A stretch of 32,000 nt of DNA from Candidatus Methanoperedens sp. (GCA_027460535.1 JAPZAR010000012.1:43875-75874); one strand, 5' to 3'. Positions 16,000 to 26,909 are shown, counted from the first letter of the stretch. The notes: generated by a model from the sequence alone, not told the origin. A program made the numbers and translations.

Positions 16000-16716
16000 T
16001 CATAAAGAGATATCAGGTACTATTCTTTTTGCCACTTCCCGGTACGCTGCAACAAGGTCACCTTTATCAAATCTGAATACATCCTTGTCAAGCGACTCGC
16101 CCGTTGTCCGGTCCCAGAACCGGCATGTATCGCAGGATATCTCATCTGCTAGAACGATTTTCCCATTGAGTCTACCGAACTCAAGCTTAAAGTCGGGGAG
16201 CAGGAGGCTTCTTTCCTTCAAAAATTCAATAAGTATCGAATTGATCTTGAGGGCCAGTTTCCGTATCTCTGAAAGTTCACTCTTAGTTGCAAGACCCAGC
16301 GCAAGTGCAATGTCGTCATTGATCATCGGATCTCCGTATTCATCGCTCTTATAATCGAAAACTAATATCGGTGGATTAAGTTTCTCGCCTGTCTTGAAGG
16401 GATATTTTTTTGTTATGGAGCCGGCTGCGATGTCCCTGACAATTACCTCGATCTTGATGATGTCAACTGAATCGACGACCATCTCGGTTCCCGATAGCAT
16501 GCTGTCAAAATGATTCTCGATGCCTTTATCCTCGAGCAATCTGAAGAGTGTCGCAGATATCTGGGCGTTGTAATATCCTTTCTTGGGCGCCTGGCTTTTC
16601 TTTTTGCCGTCAAAGGCTGTCAGGCTGTCCCTGAATTCCATTATCAGCTTTTCCGGATTGTCCGTCCTGAATACTGTCTTTGCTTTGCCTGAATAGAGTT
16701 CATCCAGCTTGATCAT
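16000..16716 (-). CDS. purC: Phosphoribosylaminoimidazole-succinocarboxamide (SAICAR) synthase
   Basis: [47 protein letters not shown] and DKDVFR are canonical PurC motifs. Confidence 0.93.
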   Translation of the reverse strand: MIKLDELYSGKAKTVFRTDNPEKLIMEFRDSLTAFDGKKKSQAPKKGYYNAQISATLFRLLEDKGIENHFDSMLSGTEMVVDSVDIIKIEVIVRDIAAGSITKKYPFKTGEKLNPPILVFDYKSDEYGDPMINDDIALALGLATKSELSEIRKLALKINSILIEFLKERSLLLPDFKLEFGRLNGKIVLADEISCDTCRFWDRTTGESLDKDVFRFDKGDLVAAYREVAKRIVPDISL

Positions 16717-16808
16717 GGGGCTTAATAGGTATTTTACTGGATATAAAGGAGATGCTATACTTTTAAGTTCTTTGAGTTTAAATTAAATAGCGGTGTGCTA
16801 CGAGATTT

Positions 16809-17303
16809 ATGGACACATTGGATGGTTTTGAGGAACTCGCGGTAGATAAAGAGAAAACAGAGATCAGAATACCCGTGATGCATGTGGAGTTAGCCCTTAA
16901 TGTAAGGTATTTCCTTAATGGAGCGGGTATAGGTTACTGCGGGTTATTGATCAACGGGGTCAATGGGAAAGGTCTGAGGGGATGTGTCGAAGCTGCAGCG
17001 GCAAAGTCCTTTGTAGGAAGGACGATATTTGTTTTTCTCTCGGAACTCGAAGGCGGAAAGAAACTCATCACTGTCCCGGCATTATTTGAAAAGGAACCAT
17101 CCTTTGATGGGAAGGTGGATTTAAGCGATCTTATCATAAAAACCTACTATCACGACGAATTCAAGAAAACGGCTCAGGAAGTCTATAAAGAGCACATGAA
17201 TGCACTTATGGGCAAAAAGGTATGCAATGACAAGGATTGCCTGTGCAGGAGCATCAGAGATCTTCCGGCGAAGGGTATTGAGATACTGAAATCTTATAGA
17301 TGA
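16809..17303 (+). CDS. Hypothetical protein (164 aa), no family recognised
   Basis: The ORF shows good coding-like composition. It contains GYCGLLINGVNGKGLRGC and a C-terminal CNDKDCLC cysteine cluster. It is convergent with the flavoprotein gene, with stops 8 nt apart. Confidence 0.45.
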   Translation: MDTLDGFEELAVDKEKTEIRIPVMHVELALNVRYFLNGAGIGYCGLLINGVNGKGLRGCVEAAAAKSFVGRTIFVFLSELEGGKKLITVPALFEKEPSFDGKVDLSDLIIKTYYHDEFKKTAQEVYKEHMNALMGKKVCNDKDCLCRSIRDLPAKGIEILKSYR

Positions 17304-17311
17304 TCGCAGAT

Positions 17312-18979
17312 TCAGTATTCCCTTGGTTTCGGGGGGAACATCGTGATATTTACTGGCTGGTAATCAATCCCTGGCCCCTCCGGAGTGAACGTAACGATGG
17401 TGTGCTTGAGCCAGTTCGCATCGTCCCTGAGTGGATGATCAAGCCTGTAATGCGATCCCCGGCTTTCTTTTCTGGCCAGCGCTCCGATGCATATCGCTTC
17501 CGCAATATCCAGCATGCCCTCAAGCTCGATGACATTTACAAGTTCCTGATTGAAAACCATGCCCCTGTACCTGACATACACATTTCTGTAACGCGATTGA
17601 AGTTCTTTGATTTTCAGAAGAGCATATCTCAAATTCTCCTCATCGCGGAATATACCTACTTTTTCATCAAGTACTTTTTTAAGTTCGTCGCGGATAGGGA
17701 AGAATGCCTCTCCTTTACTTTTTTTGACCAGTCTTGAAATACGGTCTTTCTCCTCTTCCTTAGCTTTTTCAATAATTTTGAGATCTTCAAAATCTACCTT
17801 GTCGGCATACTCCTTTGCAGTTTCTCCAGCGATCTTCCCGAACACGATCGTCTCAAGAAGCGAGTTACCCCCGAGCCTGTTGGCGCCATGGACACTGATA
17901 CATGAACATTCACCGCACGCGTAGAAGCCCGGGAGAGCGGTCTCACAATTTTTATTTGAGGCTATTCCTCCCATGGAATAATGCTGCCCTGGCTGGATAG
18001 GTATCGGCTCTTTGGCCGGGTCGATATTCGCAAAGTCCATCGCTATCTGCCTTATCCCCGGGAGGCGTTCTTTGATATTTCGCTCACCGATATGCATGAG
18101 CTCAAGGTTGACATATCCTCCCTCAAATCCCCTGCCCTCGTTTATCTCTGTCTGGATCGCCCGCGCAACAATATCCCTGGGCGCAAGATCTAGCAAGTGA
18201 GGGGAATAACGCTTCATGAACCTCTCTCCATTTTTGTTCACCAGGAATCCGCCTTCGCCCCGCGCGCCTTCAGTGATCAGGATGTTGGTACCATAAAGTG
18301 TTGTGGGATGGAACTGGACGAATTCCATATCCGAAAGTGCAGCGCCGCCATGGTATGCTACAGCACACCCATATCCGGTATTAATTATTGAGTTCGTTGA
18401 ACGCTCGTATATCCTTCCATATCCTCCGGCAGCGAAGATCACCGATTTTGCCAGAAATCCTTCCATCTCCCCGTTGGCGATATTGTATCCCACGACCCCG
18501 CAACACCTCCCATCGATGACAACCAGACGAATGACCAGCCATTCTTCATAGAACCTGATCCCATTCTTCAGCGCCTGCTCATACAGCGTGTGCAGCAATG
18601 CATGACCTGTCCTGTCTTCAACGTATGCCGTGCGGGGATATCCGGCGCCCCCGAACGGCCGCTGGGCGATCCTTCCATCCACTCTGGAAAAAATAGTGCC
18701 CCAATGCTCCATTTCCATGACGCGCTGCGGTGCATCCCTGCACAGAACTTCGACGGCATCCTGGTCCGCAAGATAATCGCTGCCTTTTACAGTATCAAAA
18801 GCATGATCTTCCCACCTGTCAGTGCTTCCAAGAGCCACGTTTATGCCTCCCTGAGCCGCCACCGAGTGGGAGCGCAATGGATGAACTCTTGATATTACCG
18901 CTACATCCCCGGCAGCAGCTAAAGCGGCACGCAGACCCGCAAGACCTCCTCCAACTACTATAATATCGTGCTTGAACAT
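17312..18979 (-). CDS. Succinate dehydrogenase/fumarate reductase flavoprotein subunit (SdhA/FrdA; thiol:fumarate reductase TfrA-like)
   Basis: N-terminal FAD fold [16 protein letters not shown], flavinylation-site context [15 protein letters not shown], the HPTT and GARGEGG loop, and a C-terminal [10 protein letters not shown] motif. No Fe-S subunit gene is adjacent. Confidence 0.88.
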   Translation of the reverse strand: MFKHDIIVVGGGLAGLRAALAAAGDVAVISRVHPLRSHSVAAQGGINVALGSTDRWEDHAFDTVKGSDYLADQDAVEVLCRDAPQRVMEMEHWGTIFSRVDGRIAQRPFGGAGYPRTAYVEDRTGHALLHTLYEQALKNGIRFYEEWLVIRLVVIDGRCCGVVGYNIANGEMEGFLAKSVIFAAGGYGRIYERSTNSIINTGYGCAVAYHGGAALSDMEFVQFHPTTLYGTNILITEGARGEGGFLVNKNGERFMKRYSPHLLDLAPRDIVARAIQTEINEGRGFEGGYVNLELMHIGERNIKERLPGIRQIAMDFANIDPAKEPIPIQPGQHYSMGGIASNKNCETALPGFYACGECSCISVHGANRLGGNSLLETIVFGKIAGETAKEYADKVDFEDLKIIEKAKEEEKDRISRLVKKSKGEAFFPIRDELKKVLDEKVGIFRDEENLRYALLKIKELQSRYRNVYVRYRGMVFNQELVNVIELEGMLDIAEAICIGALARKESRGSHYRLDHPLRDDANWLKHTIVTFTPEGPGIDYQPVNITMFPPKPREY

Positions 18980-19066
18980 ATCCTGGAATTAGCTGGTATG
19001 ATTAAATATTTATCAGTCATTGCCAATGCATTAAATATAAACCCAATGCTTGCCTAAAAAAGGGGC

Positions 19067-20644
19067 ATGAAGTACATCATAGTCACCGGTGGTGTGATGA
19101 GCGGTCTTGGGAAAGGGATAACAGCCGCTTCTATCGGACGAATCCTGAAGAACAAGGGTTTCAATGTGACCGCTATAAAGATAGACCCATACATCAACAT
19201 AGATGCAGGGACTATGAGTCCGTACCAGCACGGTGAGGTTTTTGTGCTTAAAGACGGGGGCGAAGTGGATCTTGACCTGGGTAACTATGAACGTTTTCTG
19301 GATATTGAGCTGACAAGGGAGCATAATATCACAACTGGCCAGGTCTACCAGACCGTCATACAGAAAGAGCGGCGTGGGGACTATCTGGGCAAAACTGTTC
19401 AGATCATCCCGCACATAACTAACGAGATAAAGGAACGCATCAGGAAAGTTGCCAAGAAAAGCGGCGCTGATATATGTATCATAGAAGTCGGTGGCACAGT
19501 TGGCGACATAGAGAGCATGCCTTTCCTTGAATCCATGCGGCAATTGCACAGCGAAGAAAAAGAAGAGGATATTTTATTCGTGCATGTAACCCTGGTACCT
19601 CTGGACACGCAGGGGGAACAGAAGACAAAGCCCACTCAGCATTCGGTGAAAGAACTCAGGAGCCTGGGTCTTCAACCCGATGCGATAGTGGCGCGATGTA
19701 AAGAACCCATTCATTCCGACACCAAAGCCAAGATCGCTCTTTTCTGCGATGTGCCGGTGGACGCGGTCATAAGCGCACATGACGCCCGTGATATCTATTA
19801 CGTTCCATCCCTGATGGAACAGGAGGGACTCTCCGATTATCTCATGATCAAGCTCAAACTCTCTCCAAAGGAAGCCTCCCACGAATGGGACATATTAATG
19901 AAAAAGATGGCATCGATAGATAAAGAGATTCGCGTGGGGGTTGTCGGAAAATACGCACATCTGGGTGATTCTTATATAAGCATAAATGAAGCCCTCAAGC
20001 ATGCCGGCATAGAATGCGGCTGCAGGGTCAGGATAGATTGGGTGGACGCCGAGGAATTTGAGAAAGAACCGGACAGGATCGATGGTCTCCAGAAATACAA
20101 CGGTATCCTGGTCCCTGGCGGTTTTGGGGTGAGGGGAACCGAAGGTAAAATACTTGCGATAAAATATGCCAGGGAACATAATATTCCTTACCTTGGATTG
20201 TGTCTTGGAATGCAGCTTGCAGTTATAGAGTTTGCAAGGAATGTCGTGGGTCTGAAGGATGCGAACAGCTCGGAATTGGCAACTACTGAGTACCCAGTGA
20301 TCGACCTTCTGCCCGAACAGGAAAATATCAAGAATATGGGCGGAACCATGAGGCTTGGAAATTGTGAAGCGATTCTTACAGAGGGTTCTTTGGCGCATAA
20401 ATTATATGGCAGCGCTACTCTCATCGAACGCCACAGGCACAGGTATGAAGTGAATCCCAAATATATCAAGCAGATCGAGGCAAAGGGCATGAAATTTACA
20501 GGCAGGAACGATCACAGGATGGAGATAGCTGAACTGCCAGGGCATAAGTTCTTCTTTAGCTCGCAGTTCCATCCGGAGTTCAGATCAAGACCCGGAAAGC
20601 CTTCGCCTCCATTCCTGGCGTTCGTGAAGGCCGCACTTCAGTAA
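19067..20644 (+). CDS. pyrG: CTP synthase
   Basis: [28 protein letters not shown], a GATase domain with GLCLGMQL (nucleophile Cys), and the HRHRYEVN motif. Confidence 0.96.
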   Translation: MKYIIVTGGVMSGLGKGITAASIGRILKNKGFNVTAIKIDPYINIDAGTMSPYQHGEVFVLKDGGEVDLDLGNYERFLDIELTREHNITTGQVYQTVIQKERRGDYLGKTVQIIPHITNEIKERIRKVAKKSGADICIIEVGGTVGDIESMPFLESMRQLHSEEKEEDILFVHVTLVPLDTQGEQKTKPTQHSVKELRSLGLQPDAIVARCKEPIHSDTKAKIALFCDVPVDAVISAHDARDIYYVPSLMEQEGLSDYLMIKLKLSPKEASHEWDILMKKMASIDKEIRVGVVGKYAHLGDSYISINEALKHAGIECGCRVRIDWVDAEEFEKEPDRIDGLQKYNGILVPGGFGVRGTEGKILAIKYAREHNIPYLGLCLGMQLAVIEFARNVVGLKDANSSELATTEYPVIDLLPEQENIKNMGGTMRLGNCEAILTEGSLAHKLYGSATLIERHRHRYEVNPKYIKQIEAKGMKFTGRNDHRMEIAELPGHKFFFSSQFHPEFRSRPGKPSPPFLAFVKAALQ

Positions 20645-20650
20645 GTACAC

Positions 20651-20662
20651 TTTCTTTTTTAT
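20651..20662 (+). terminator. Oligo-T tract, candidate archaeal transcription terminator after pyrG
   Basis: TTTCTTTTTTAT begins 7 nt after the pyrG stop codon. Archaeal termination commonly uses oligo-T runs. Confidence 0.3.
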
Positions 20663-20717
20663 TCTCGGGCATCCAAATCACAAATTATATTACTTAATCC
20701 CCTAATTTCAGTAACCC

Positions 20718-21983
20718 ATGAACACAGAGAAATCAAAAAAGTTATTCGAGGAGGCAAAGAAGATCCTGCCGGGAGGCGTAAGCAGCCCGGTCAGGGCAAT
20801 AAAACCCTATCCCTTTTATGCGAAGCGGGCTTCCGGCTCAAAGATAACCGACATTGATGGCAACGAATACATTGATTATGTCATGGGTTACGGGCCTCTG
20901 CTTCTTGGCCATAACCATCCTGCTGTGAGGGAAGCCGTGGTCAAACAGCTTTCAGACGGCTGGCTGTATGGAACACCCACGGAACTTGAGGTGAGCCTTG
21001 CCCGTGAAATAATAAAACTATACCCAAGCATCGAAATGGTTAGGTTCGTTTCCACGGGCACCGAGGCCACGATGGGAGCGCTTCGAGCTGCAAGGGGTTT
21101 CACCGGGAAAAATAAGTTCATCAAGATAGAAGGAGGATTTCACGGTGCCCACGAGGCCGTGCTTGTGAAAGCAGGCTCTGGAGCAACCACGCTTGGAACA
21201 CCAAATTCTGCAGGAGTACCTTCGGATTTTACCAAGAATACTCTTCAGGTGCCTTACAACGATATTGAGGCAATGACAGAAGCGATCGAAGCTTACAGGG
21301 AAGATGTGGCAGCAGTTATTATAGAACCTGTGCTCGGCAATATAGGCCCGATCCTCCCAAGAGCCGGATATCTCAAGGAGGTTCGCAGAGTGACAGAGGA
21401 AAATGACGTGGTTCTAATATTCGACGAAGTTATTACGGGCTTTCGCCTTGCCATGGGCGGGGCGCAGGAGTATTACGGAGTTACCCCGGACATGACCACG
21501 CTTGGAAAAATCCTGGGAGGTGGTTTTCATATGGGCGTCATAGGAGGGAAGCGCGAGATCATGGAGAATATCTCACCGGCTGGCGCTGTTTATCAGGCAG
21601 GTACTTTCAACGGCAGCCCGGTTTCGATGGCTGCAGGTCTTGCAGTCATCAATACGCTGAAGAAAGAAAAAGTCCATATGAAAGTGAACAGTGCCGGTGA
21701 TTCGCTACGCAAAGCACTTGAAGATGCAGTTTCCGATCTCGGCCTTGATTACAGCGTGAGCGGTGTGGGGAGCATGTTCAAGGTCTTCTTCGGAGATATG
21801 CCGTACAACTATCAGGATGCCCTGAAATGTGATACAGGTAAATTCAATGTATTCTTTAAGAAAATGCTCTCAGACGGCATCTTTCTTCCCCCCTCGCAGT
21901 TTGAAACCAACTTCCTGTCACTTGCCCATTCGCAGGGCGATATGGATAGGACAATCGAAGCTTATAAAAGGAATTTGAAATGA
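20718..21983 (+). CDS. hemL: Glutamate-1-semialdehyde 2,1-aminomutase
   Basis: [11 protein letters not shown], a class-III aminotransferase core, [10 protein letters not shown] and a [12 protein letters not shown]-lysine context. Confidence 0.94.
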   Translation: MNTEKSKKLFEEAKKILPGGVSSPVRAIKPYPFYAKRASGSKITDIDGNEYIDYVMGYGPLLLGHNHPAVREAVVKQLSDGWLYGTPTELEVSLAREIIKLYPSIEMVRFVSTGTEATMGALRAARGFTGKNKFIKIEGGFHGAHEAVLVKAGSGATTLGTPNSAGVPSDFTKNTLQVPYNDIEAMTEAIEAYREDVAAVIIEPVLGNIGPILPRAGYLKEVRRVTEENDVVLIFDEVITGFRLAMGGAQEYYGVTPDMTTLGKILGGGFHMGVIGGKREIMENISPAGAVYQAGTFNGSPVSMAAGLAVINTLKKEKVHMKVNSAGDSLRKALEDAVSDLGLDYSVSGVGSMFKVFFGDMPYNYQDALKCDTGKFNVFFKKMLSDGIFLPPSQFETNFLSLAHSQGDMDRTIEAYKRNLK

Positions 21984-22960
21984 AAAATACGGAGCTGCTG
22001 CGTATAGGAACAAGAGGAAGCAAACTTGCGCTTGCGCAGGCAAACCATGTCTCAGAGCTGCTTGCAAAAAATGGTGTGAAAACAGAGATCAAGATCATCA
22101 AGACCTGCGGTGATACGTTCACGGACAGGCCGCTTCATGAAGTGCAGGGCTTCGGGGTTTTTGTGCGCGAGATCGATGATGCGATGCTTGAAGGCAGGAT
22201 AGACATAGCTGTCCACAGCATGAAGGATGTTCCTACAGAAAGGCCCTCCGAACTTACAATAGCAGCCGTACAGAAACGCGATTCTCCTTATGATTTCCTG
22301 CTCACACGAGACAGGAAAAATCTGAAAGACCTGCCTGAAGGTGCGGTTATCGGGACTACCAGCCTCCGAAGACGGGCGCAGCTATTGAGATTCAGGGAAG
22401 ACTTTACCATCAAGGACCTGCGGGGAAACATAGACACGCGTCTTCGAAAACTCAAAGAGGGACAGTACGATGCCATACTCATGGCAGAGGCGGGACTTGA
22501 AAGGATGAAATGGGAGATTCCCGGAGAACGCCTGAACCCGGATGATTTCGTTCCCTCAGCAAACCAGGGCACAGTGGTCATAGTAACAAAAAAAGGTTCA
22601 GAAGCTGAGACTGCGTCAAGAGTACTTGATGATGAAAAAACACGGCTTGAGACCAGTATCGAACGCATTATTATCGGGATACTTGGAGGCGGCTGCCTCG
22701 TACCCATCGGTGCATTTGCGAGAACGGAAGGCGATGAGATTCACGTGCGCGGCGAAGTACTTTCCGTGGATGGCAAACGCTGCGTGAAAATAGATGAATT
22801 TATAAACCCTGCCGAATATCAGCATGAAGCAGAGCGCCTCGGGAATGAGCTTAAAAATAAAGGCGGAGGCGGGCTTGTTGATGAGGCAGTGAAGATGTTT
22901 GCGGCAAAAAGAGGAAATTATGACAGGAAAAGTTTATCTTGTGGGCTCAGGTCCTGGTGA
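21980..22960 (+). CDS. hemC: Hydroxymethylbilane synthase (porphobilinogen deaminase)
   Basis: [47 protein letters not shown] and GGCLVPIG (dipyrromethane Cys). The start overlaps the hemL stop (ATGA). Confidence 0.9.
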   Translation: MKNTELLRIGTRGSKLALAQANHVSELLAKNGVKTEIKIIKTCGDTFTDRPLHEVQGFGVFVREIDDAMLEGRIDIAVHSMKDVPTERPSELTIAAVQKRDSPYDFLLTRDRKNLKDLPEGAVIGTTSLRRRAQLLRFREDFTIKDLRGNIDTRLRKLKEGQYDAILMAEAGLERMKWEIPGERLNPDDFVPSANQGTVVIVTKKGSEAETASRVLDDEKTRLETSIERIIIGILGGGCLVPIGAFARTEGDEIHVRGEVLSVDGKRCVKIDEFINPAEYQHEAERLGNELKNKGGGGLVDEAVKMFAAKRGNYDRKSLSCGLRSW

Positions 22961-23660
22961 CCCCGAGCTCCTGACAATAAAAGCAAAACGTCTCATCGAG
23001 AGCGCCCAGGTCATTCTGTATGACCAGCTTCCCGGGAAGGCGATCCTCAGTATGCTGCCGGAATCAGCAGAACGAATAGACGTGGGGAAATATGCGGGAG
23101 ATCATAAACTTTCCCAGTGGCAGATAAATGAATTGCTTGTGAACAGGGCAAAAGAGGGCAAGATAGTGGTGCGGCTTAAAGGCGGAGACCCGTATCTTTT
23201 TGGGCGTGGCGGCGAGGAAGCCCAGGCGCTTGCAAGAGAGGGTATCAAGGTTGAGGTCGTACCTGGCATCACGTCAGCTATCGCTGTCCCGGCTTATGCG
23301 GGAATCCCAGTCACTCATCGGGATTATGCTTCAATGGTGACTTTTATCACAGGGCATGAGGATCCCACCAAGGAAGACAGTGCTCTTGACTGGGATCTTC
23401 TTGCAAGGTTTGAAGGTACGATCGTTATCCTGATGGGCGTCAGCATGCTCGATCGGAATGTGAAGGAACTGATAAAACATGGCAAATCCATCGATACACC
23501 CGTGGCTGTGATCGAGAGAGGCACGCGTCCTGACCAGAGGGTCACTATCGGTACCCTTGCGGATATTGTGGGGCTCTGCAAACAGCGGAAGGTGGGAGCG
23601 CCCGCAATCACGGTCATAGGCGATGTGGTAAAGCTTCACAGGGAACTGGTAAAAACTTGA
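22920..23660 (+). CDS. cobA: Uroporphyrinogen-III C-methyltransferase (SUMT)
   Basis: [44 protein letters not shown] prefer the ATG at 22920 (MTGKVYLVG) over 22899. It overlaps the hemC 3' end by 41 nt. Confidence 0.88.
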   Translation: MTGKVYLVGSGPGDPELLTIKAKRLIESAQVILYDQLPGKAILSMLPESAERIDVGKYAGDHKLSQWQINELLVNRAKEGKIVVRLKGGDPYLFGRGGEEAQALAREGIKVEVVPGITSAIAVPAYAGIPVTHRDYASMVTFITGHEDPTKEDSALDWDLLARFEGTIVILMGVSMLDRNVKELIKHGKSIDTPVAVIERGTRPDQRVTIGTLADIVGLCKQRKVGAPAITVIGDVVKLHRELVKT

Positions 23661-23736
23661 ATAATGTAAACGAAAGGAATATGCAGATCAATACGATTTA
23701 TGCGTTTTTTTGCATTCATCACGGGCAAAAAGGAAG

Positions 23737-24510
23737 ATGACTAAAGTAATTGCCATAATGAGGCCTGCTGCCTATCTCGCAGAATCGGTTAAACTTGCGA
23801 ACTCCATGGGATTCGAAACCATTACAGCACCCATGATCGATGTCGTGGATAAGACCGATGCTAATTTTAAGGGATTTGTGGAACGCATTATGAAAGGGGA
23901 AGTCGATTATGTGATATTCACGAGCGCGAATGGTGTTGAGTTCACCCTTCTAAAACTGAATTCCTATGATGAGTTTATTGAGCAGCTCAATAAGACCAGG
24001 GTTGTCGCGATAGGCCCGAAGACGGAAGAAGCCCTTGCCAAATATGGGATAGAGGTCAGCACTGTGCCGGGCTCGTACAGTTCTGTTGGTCTGGTGGAAC
24101 ATCTTTCGGATATTGAAGGGGCGGTTATCGAGGTCTCCCGGAGCAGCCATGGAGCGCCCGAATTAATCAGTGGACTTGTTGCTAAAGGGGCAGTTGTACA
24201 TGAGACGCAGGTGTACCAGCTGATAAGCCCGAAAGATGAACGGCATGAAAAGCTGATAAAGCGGGCGGTTTCGGGGGGGATCGATATATTTGCCTTCACA
24301 AGCTCGATGATGGTCAGGAATCTCATGGCACTTGCGGAGGAGATGGGAGTTAAGGATGAACTCATCAGGATGATGAATGAAAAGACTGTTGCTGCTATTG
24401 GTAAACCGACGGCTGATACTCTTTCAGGGTTCGGTGTAAGGGTTAAGATAACGCCGGAGAATTATACTTTTGAGGAACTGCTTCTGGAATGCAAAAGACA
24501 GGATTGTTAG
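23737..24510 (+). CDS. hemD: Uroporphyrinogen-III synthase
   Basis: HEM4-like two-lobe pattern: VIFTSANGVEF, VVAIGPKTEEAL, IFAFTSSMMVRN, VAAIGKPTADTL. I prefer the ATG at 23737 (MTKVIAIMRP). Confidence 0.8.
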   Translation: MTKVIAIMRPAAYLAESVKLANSMGFETITAPMIDVVDKTDANFKGFVERIMKGEVDYVIFTSANGVEFTLLKLNSYDEFIEQLNKTRVVAIGPKTEEALAKYGIEVSTVPGSYSSVGLVEHLSDIEGAVIEVSRSSHGAPELISGLVAKGAVVHETQVYQLISPKDERHEKLIKRAVSGGIDIFAFTSSMMVRNLMALAEEMGVKDELIRMMNEKTVAAIGKPTADTLSGFGVRVKITPENYTFEELLLECKRQDC

Positions 24511-24583
24511 ATAGGAAAAAACCCTTGAAAATTAAAGACCTAAAAGTATAAGTAAAGGACGACTTTAATGTGACAGCGATGAT

Positions 24584-24793
24584 ATGCAAAGGATAATTAA
24601 AGCTGAAATTTATTTCGATGGCGAATACTACTGTGCCAGAACACTGGATATTGATGTATTTACTCAAGGGAAAACTATTGATGAAGCTATAAGCAATCTG
24701 AGAGAAGCTGTAGCTTTGCATCTGGAAGATGAGGTTGGTTATGATTTAAAGTGTCCCTCATCAATTCTTGCTATGATGGAAGTCGCTGTTTAA
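24584..24793 (+). CDS. hicB: HicB-family (UPF0150) antitoxin-like protein
   Basis: IIKAEIYFDGEYYCARTLDIDVFTQGKTIDEAISNLREAVALHLED matches the HicB N-terminal RNase-H-like fold pattern. No obvious DNA-binding C-terminal domain is present (only 69 aa). Confidence 0.7.
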   Translation: MQRIIKAEIYFDGEYYCARTLDIDVFTQGKTIDEAISNLREAVALHLEDEVGYDLKCPSSILAMMEVAV

Positions 24794-24840
24794 GAGTTAT
24801 TTTCAGGTGATACCGAATATCTCAACGCATAATTTATTTT

Positions 24841-25092
24841 ATGACACAAAAAACGCCTGTTGTTTCAGGCAATCAGCTAATTAAAGTGTTGCACAAGCTG
24901 GGTGATAATGTGGTAAAGCAGAGAGGTAGCCACATCAAATTGAGGAAATATACTGCTGCAGGTGCTCATTCACTCACAGTTCCTTCTCACGATGAAATTG
25001 CAAAAGGAACGTTGAATGACATATTGAACAAAGTGAGCATATGGAACCAGATATCTAAGGAAGAGCTTATTGAAATGCTCAAAGAAGTTTAG
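24841..25092 (+). CDS. hicA: HicA-family mRNA interferase toxin
   Basis: VSGNQLIKVLHKLGDNVVKQRGSHIKLRK...TVPSHDEIAKGTLNDILNKV matches the HicA dsRBD-like pattern, including the catalytic GSH. Confidence 0.72.
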   Translation: MTQKTPVVSGNQLIKVLHKLGDNVVKQRGSHIKLRKYTAAGAHSLTVPSHDEIAKGTLNDILNKVSIWNQISKEELIEMLKEV

Positions 25093-25121
25093 AATTTTCT
25101 TCAACGGCCATTTTTAGTAAC

Positions 25122-26909
25122 ATGAAATCTCACCCTCTTTTCCTTCCAATGTCTCTTGAAGAAGCCGAGACTTTAGGAATAGAAGAATTCGACATCATTA
25201 TAGTGACAGGCGACGCCTATGTGGACCATCCCTCGTTCGGGGCAGCGGTTATCGGACGGGTGCTCTGGGATGCTGGCTATACCGTTGGGATCATAGCCCA
25301 GCCAGGCTGGAAAACAGATGCTGATTTCAAGAAACTGGGAAGACCCAGATTGTTCTTCGGGGTTACCTCAGGGAATGTGGATTCAATGGTGAACAACTAT
25401 ACTGCAAGCCTGAAAGTACGCAGCGACGATGTTTATTCACGGGATGGGAAAGGCGGGCTGAGGCCGAACCGCGCGGCGATAGTATATTCCGATAAACTCC
25501 ATTCGATTTTCCGGGATACCCCCATCGTGCTGGGCGGCATTGAGGCAAGCCTCCGGCGGTTTGCACATTATGATTACTGGTCTGACTCCGTACGCCAGTC
25601 AATTCTGGCCGATGCCCCGGCGGATATTGTTGTTTTCGGGATGGGTGAGAGGCAGGTTATCGATATTGCCCGGCGCCTCCAAAAAGGGGAGGAGATTGAG
25701 AATATCACGGATATCCCGGGCACGGTTGTCAAAATGGAAATAGAGAGGTGGCGTTCGATAGGACATGAAGGTTATGTCGAAATACCCGGATTTGCCGAAG
25801 TCTCGAAGGATAAGGGACTTTACGCAAGAGCCTTCAAACTTCATTATCAAGAGCAGGATCCAGTTCGCGGAAGGCCTGTTGCACAGCCTCACCCAAAAAC
25901 AATGATCATCCAGAATAAGCCAGCTTTGCCCTTAAGTACGCAGGAACTCGACAGAATCTACGAACTTCCCTTTACAAGGATGCAGCATCCATCGTACGAA
26001 AAACCCATCCCTGCGCTTGCCCCGGTCAAATTCTCGATCATAAGCCACAGGGGGTGCTTTGCATCCTGTTCTTTTTGCGCCCTGACGCATCATCAGGGCA
26101 GGATAGTGCAGAGCCGAAGTATAGACTCGATTGTTCGGGAAGTAGTAAGAATGACCAGGATGCCTGGTTTCAAGGGGATCGTGCAGGATGTGGGTGGGCC
26201 GACAGCCAATATGTATTCGCTATTCTGCAGGCGATGGGATACGCATGGAGCATGTACTGATAAGATATGCATGTTTTGCGAGAGTCTTGAAAAGAGTCAT
26301 GAAAAACAGGTGGAACTGCTGCGCCGCCTGCGTGAGATTCCCGGGGTGAAAAAAGTCTTTATCGGTTCAGGCATACGCTATGACCTGGTACTCGATGACT
26401 CTTCTGATTATATTTCCGAGCTTTGCGCGCACCACATTAGCGGACAGTTGAAAGTCGCCCCCGAACATGTTACCCGGCATATCACAGATATCATGCACAA
26501 GCCTTCTTTTGAGGTATTTGAAGAATTCAAAAGGAGATTTGATGCCTTGAATAAAGATCTTGGAAAAAAGCAATACATTCTCCCCTATTTCATGTCTGGT
26601 CATCCCGGTAGCACCCTGAAGGATATGATAGAACTTGCCGAATACATACGTGATAATAATCTCTATACAGAGCAGGTGCAGGATTTCACGCCCACACCGA
26701 TGACAGCTTCCACATGTATGTATTATACCGGGATCGATCCGTTCACCATGGAAAAAGTTCACGTACCCAAAGGGCGGGAGAAAAGGATACAGCGGGCCCT
26801 GATGCAGTATAAAGACCGAAAGAATTATGGGCTGGTGATCGAGGGATTAAAGATAGCAGGAAGGACCGACCTCATAGGAAGCGAATGGAAATGCCTGATA
26901 AGAAGATAA
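25122..26909 (+). CDS. ygiQ: YgiQ-family (UPF0313) radical SAM protein
   Basis: The N-terminus is characteristic (FLPMSLEEAETLGIEEFDIIIVTGDAYVDHPSFGAAVIGRVL). The radical SAM triad is CFASCSFC. The C-terminal DUF3362-like region contains HISGQLKVAPEH. Confidence 0.87.
   Translation: MKSHPLFLPMSLEEAETLGIEEFDIIIVTGDAYVDHPSFGAAVIGRVLWDAGYTVGIIAQPGWKTDADFKKLGRPRLFFGVTSGNVDSMVNNYTASLKVRSDDVYSRDGKGGLRPNRAAIVYSDKLHSIFRDTPIVLGGIEASLRRFAHYDYWSDSVRQSILADAPADIVVFGMGERQVIDIARRLQKGEEIENITDIPGTVVKMEIERWRSIGHEGYVEIPGFAEVSKDKGLYARAFKLHYQEQDPVRGRPVAQPHPKTMIIQNKPALPLSTQELDRIYELPFTRMQHPSYEKPIPALAPVKFSIISHRGCFASCSFCALTHHQGRIVQSRSIDSIVREVVRMTRMPGFKGIVQDVGGPTANMYSLFCRRWDTHGACTDKICMFCESLEKSHEKQVELLRRLREIPGVKKVFIGSGIRYDLVLDDSSDYISELCAHHISGQLKVAPEHVTRHITDIMHKPSFEVFEEFKRRFDALNKDLGKKQYILPYFMSGHPGSTLKDMIELAEYIRDNNLYTEQVQDFTPTPMTASTCMYYTGIDPFTMEKVHVPKGREKRIQRALMQYKDRKNYGLVIEGLKIAGRTDLIGSEWKCLIRR

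Noticed and set aside
17300-17737. 145-aa plus-strand ORF apparently continuing from the 16809-17303 gene
   Set aside because: It is antisense to the C-terminus of the SdhA/TfrA-like gene. I see no evidence of a frameshift or readthrough link to the upstream ORF.
19031-20398. Several 100-172-aa minus-strand ORFs (19031-19549, 19574-19882, 19895-20398, 20188-20490)
   Set aside because: All are antisense to pyrG, whose identity is unambiguous. They are shadow ORFs.
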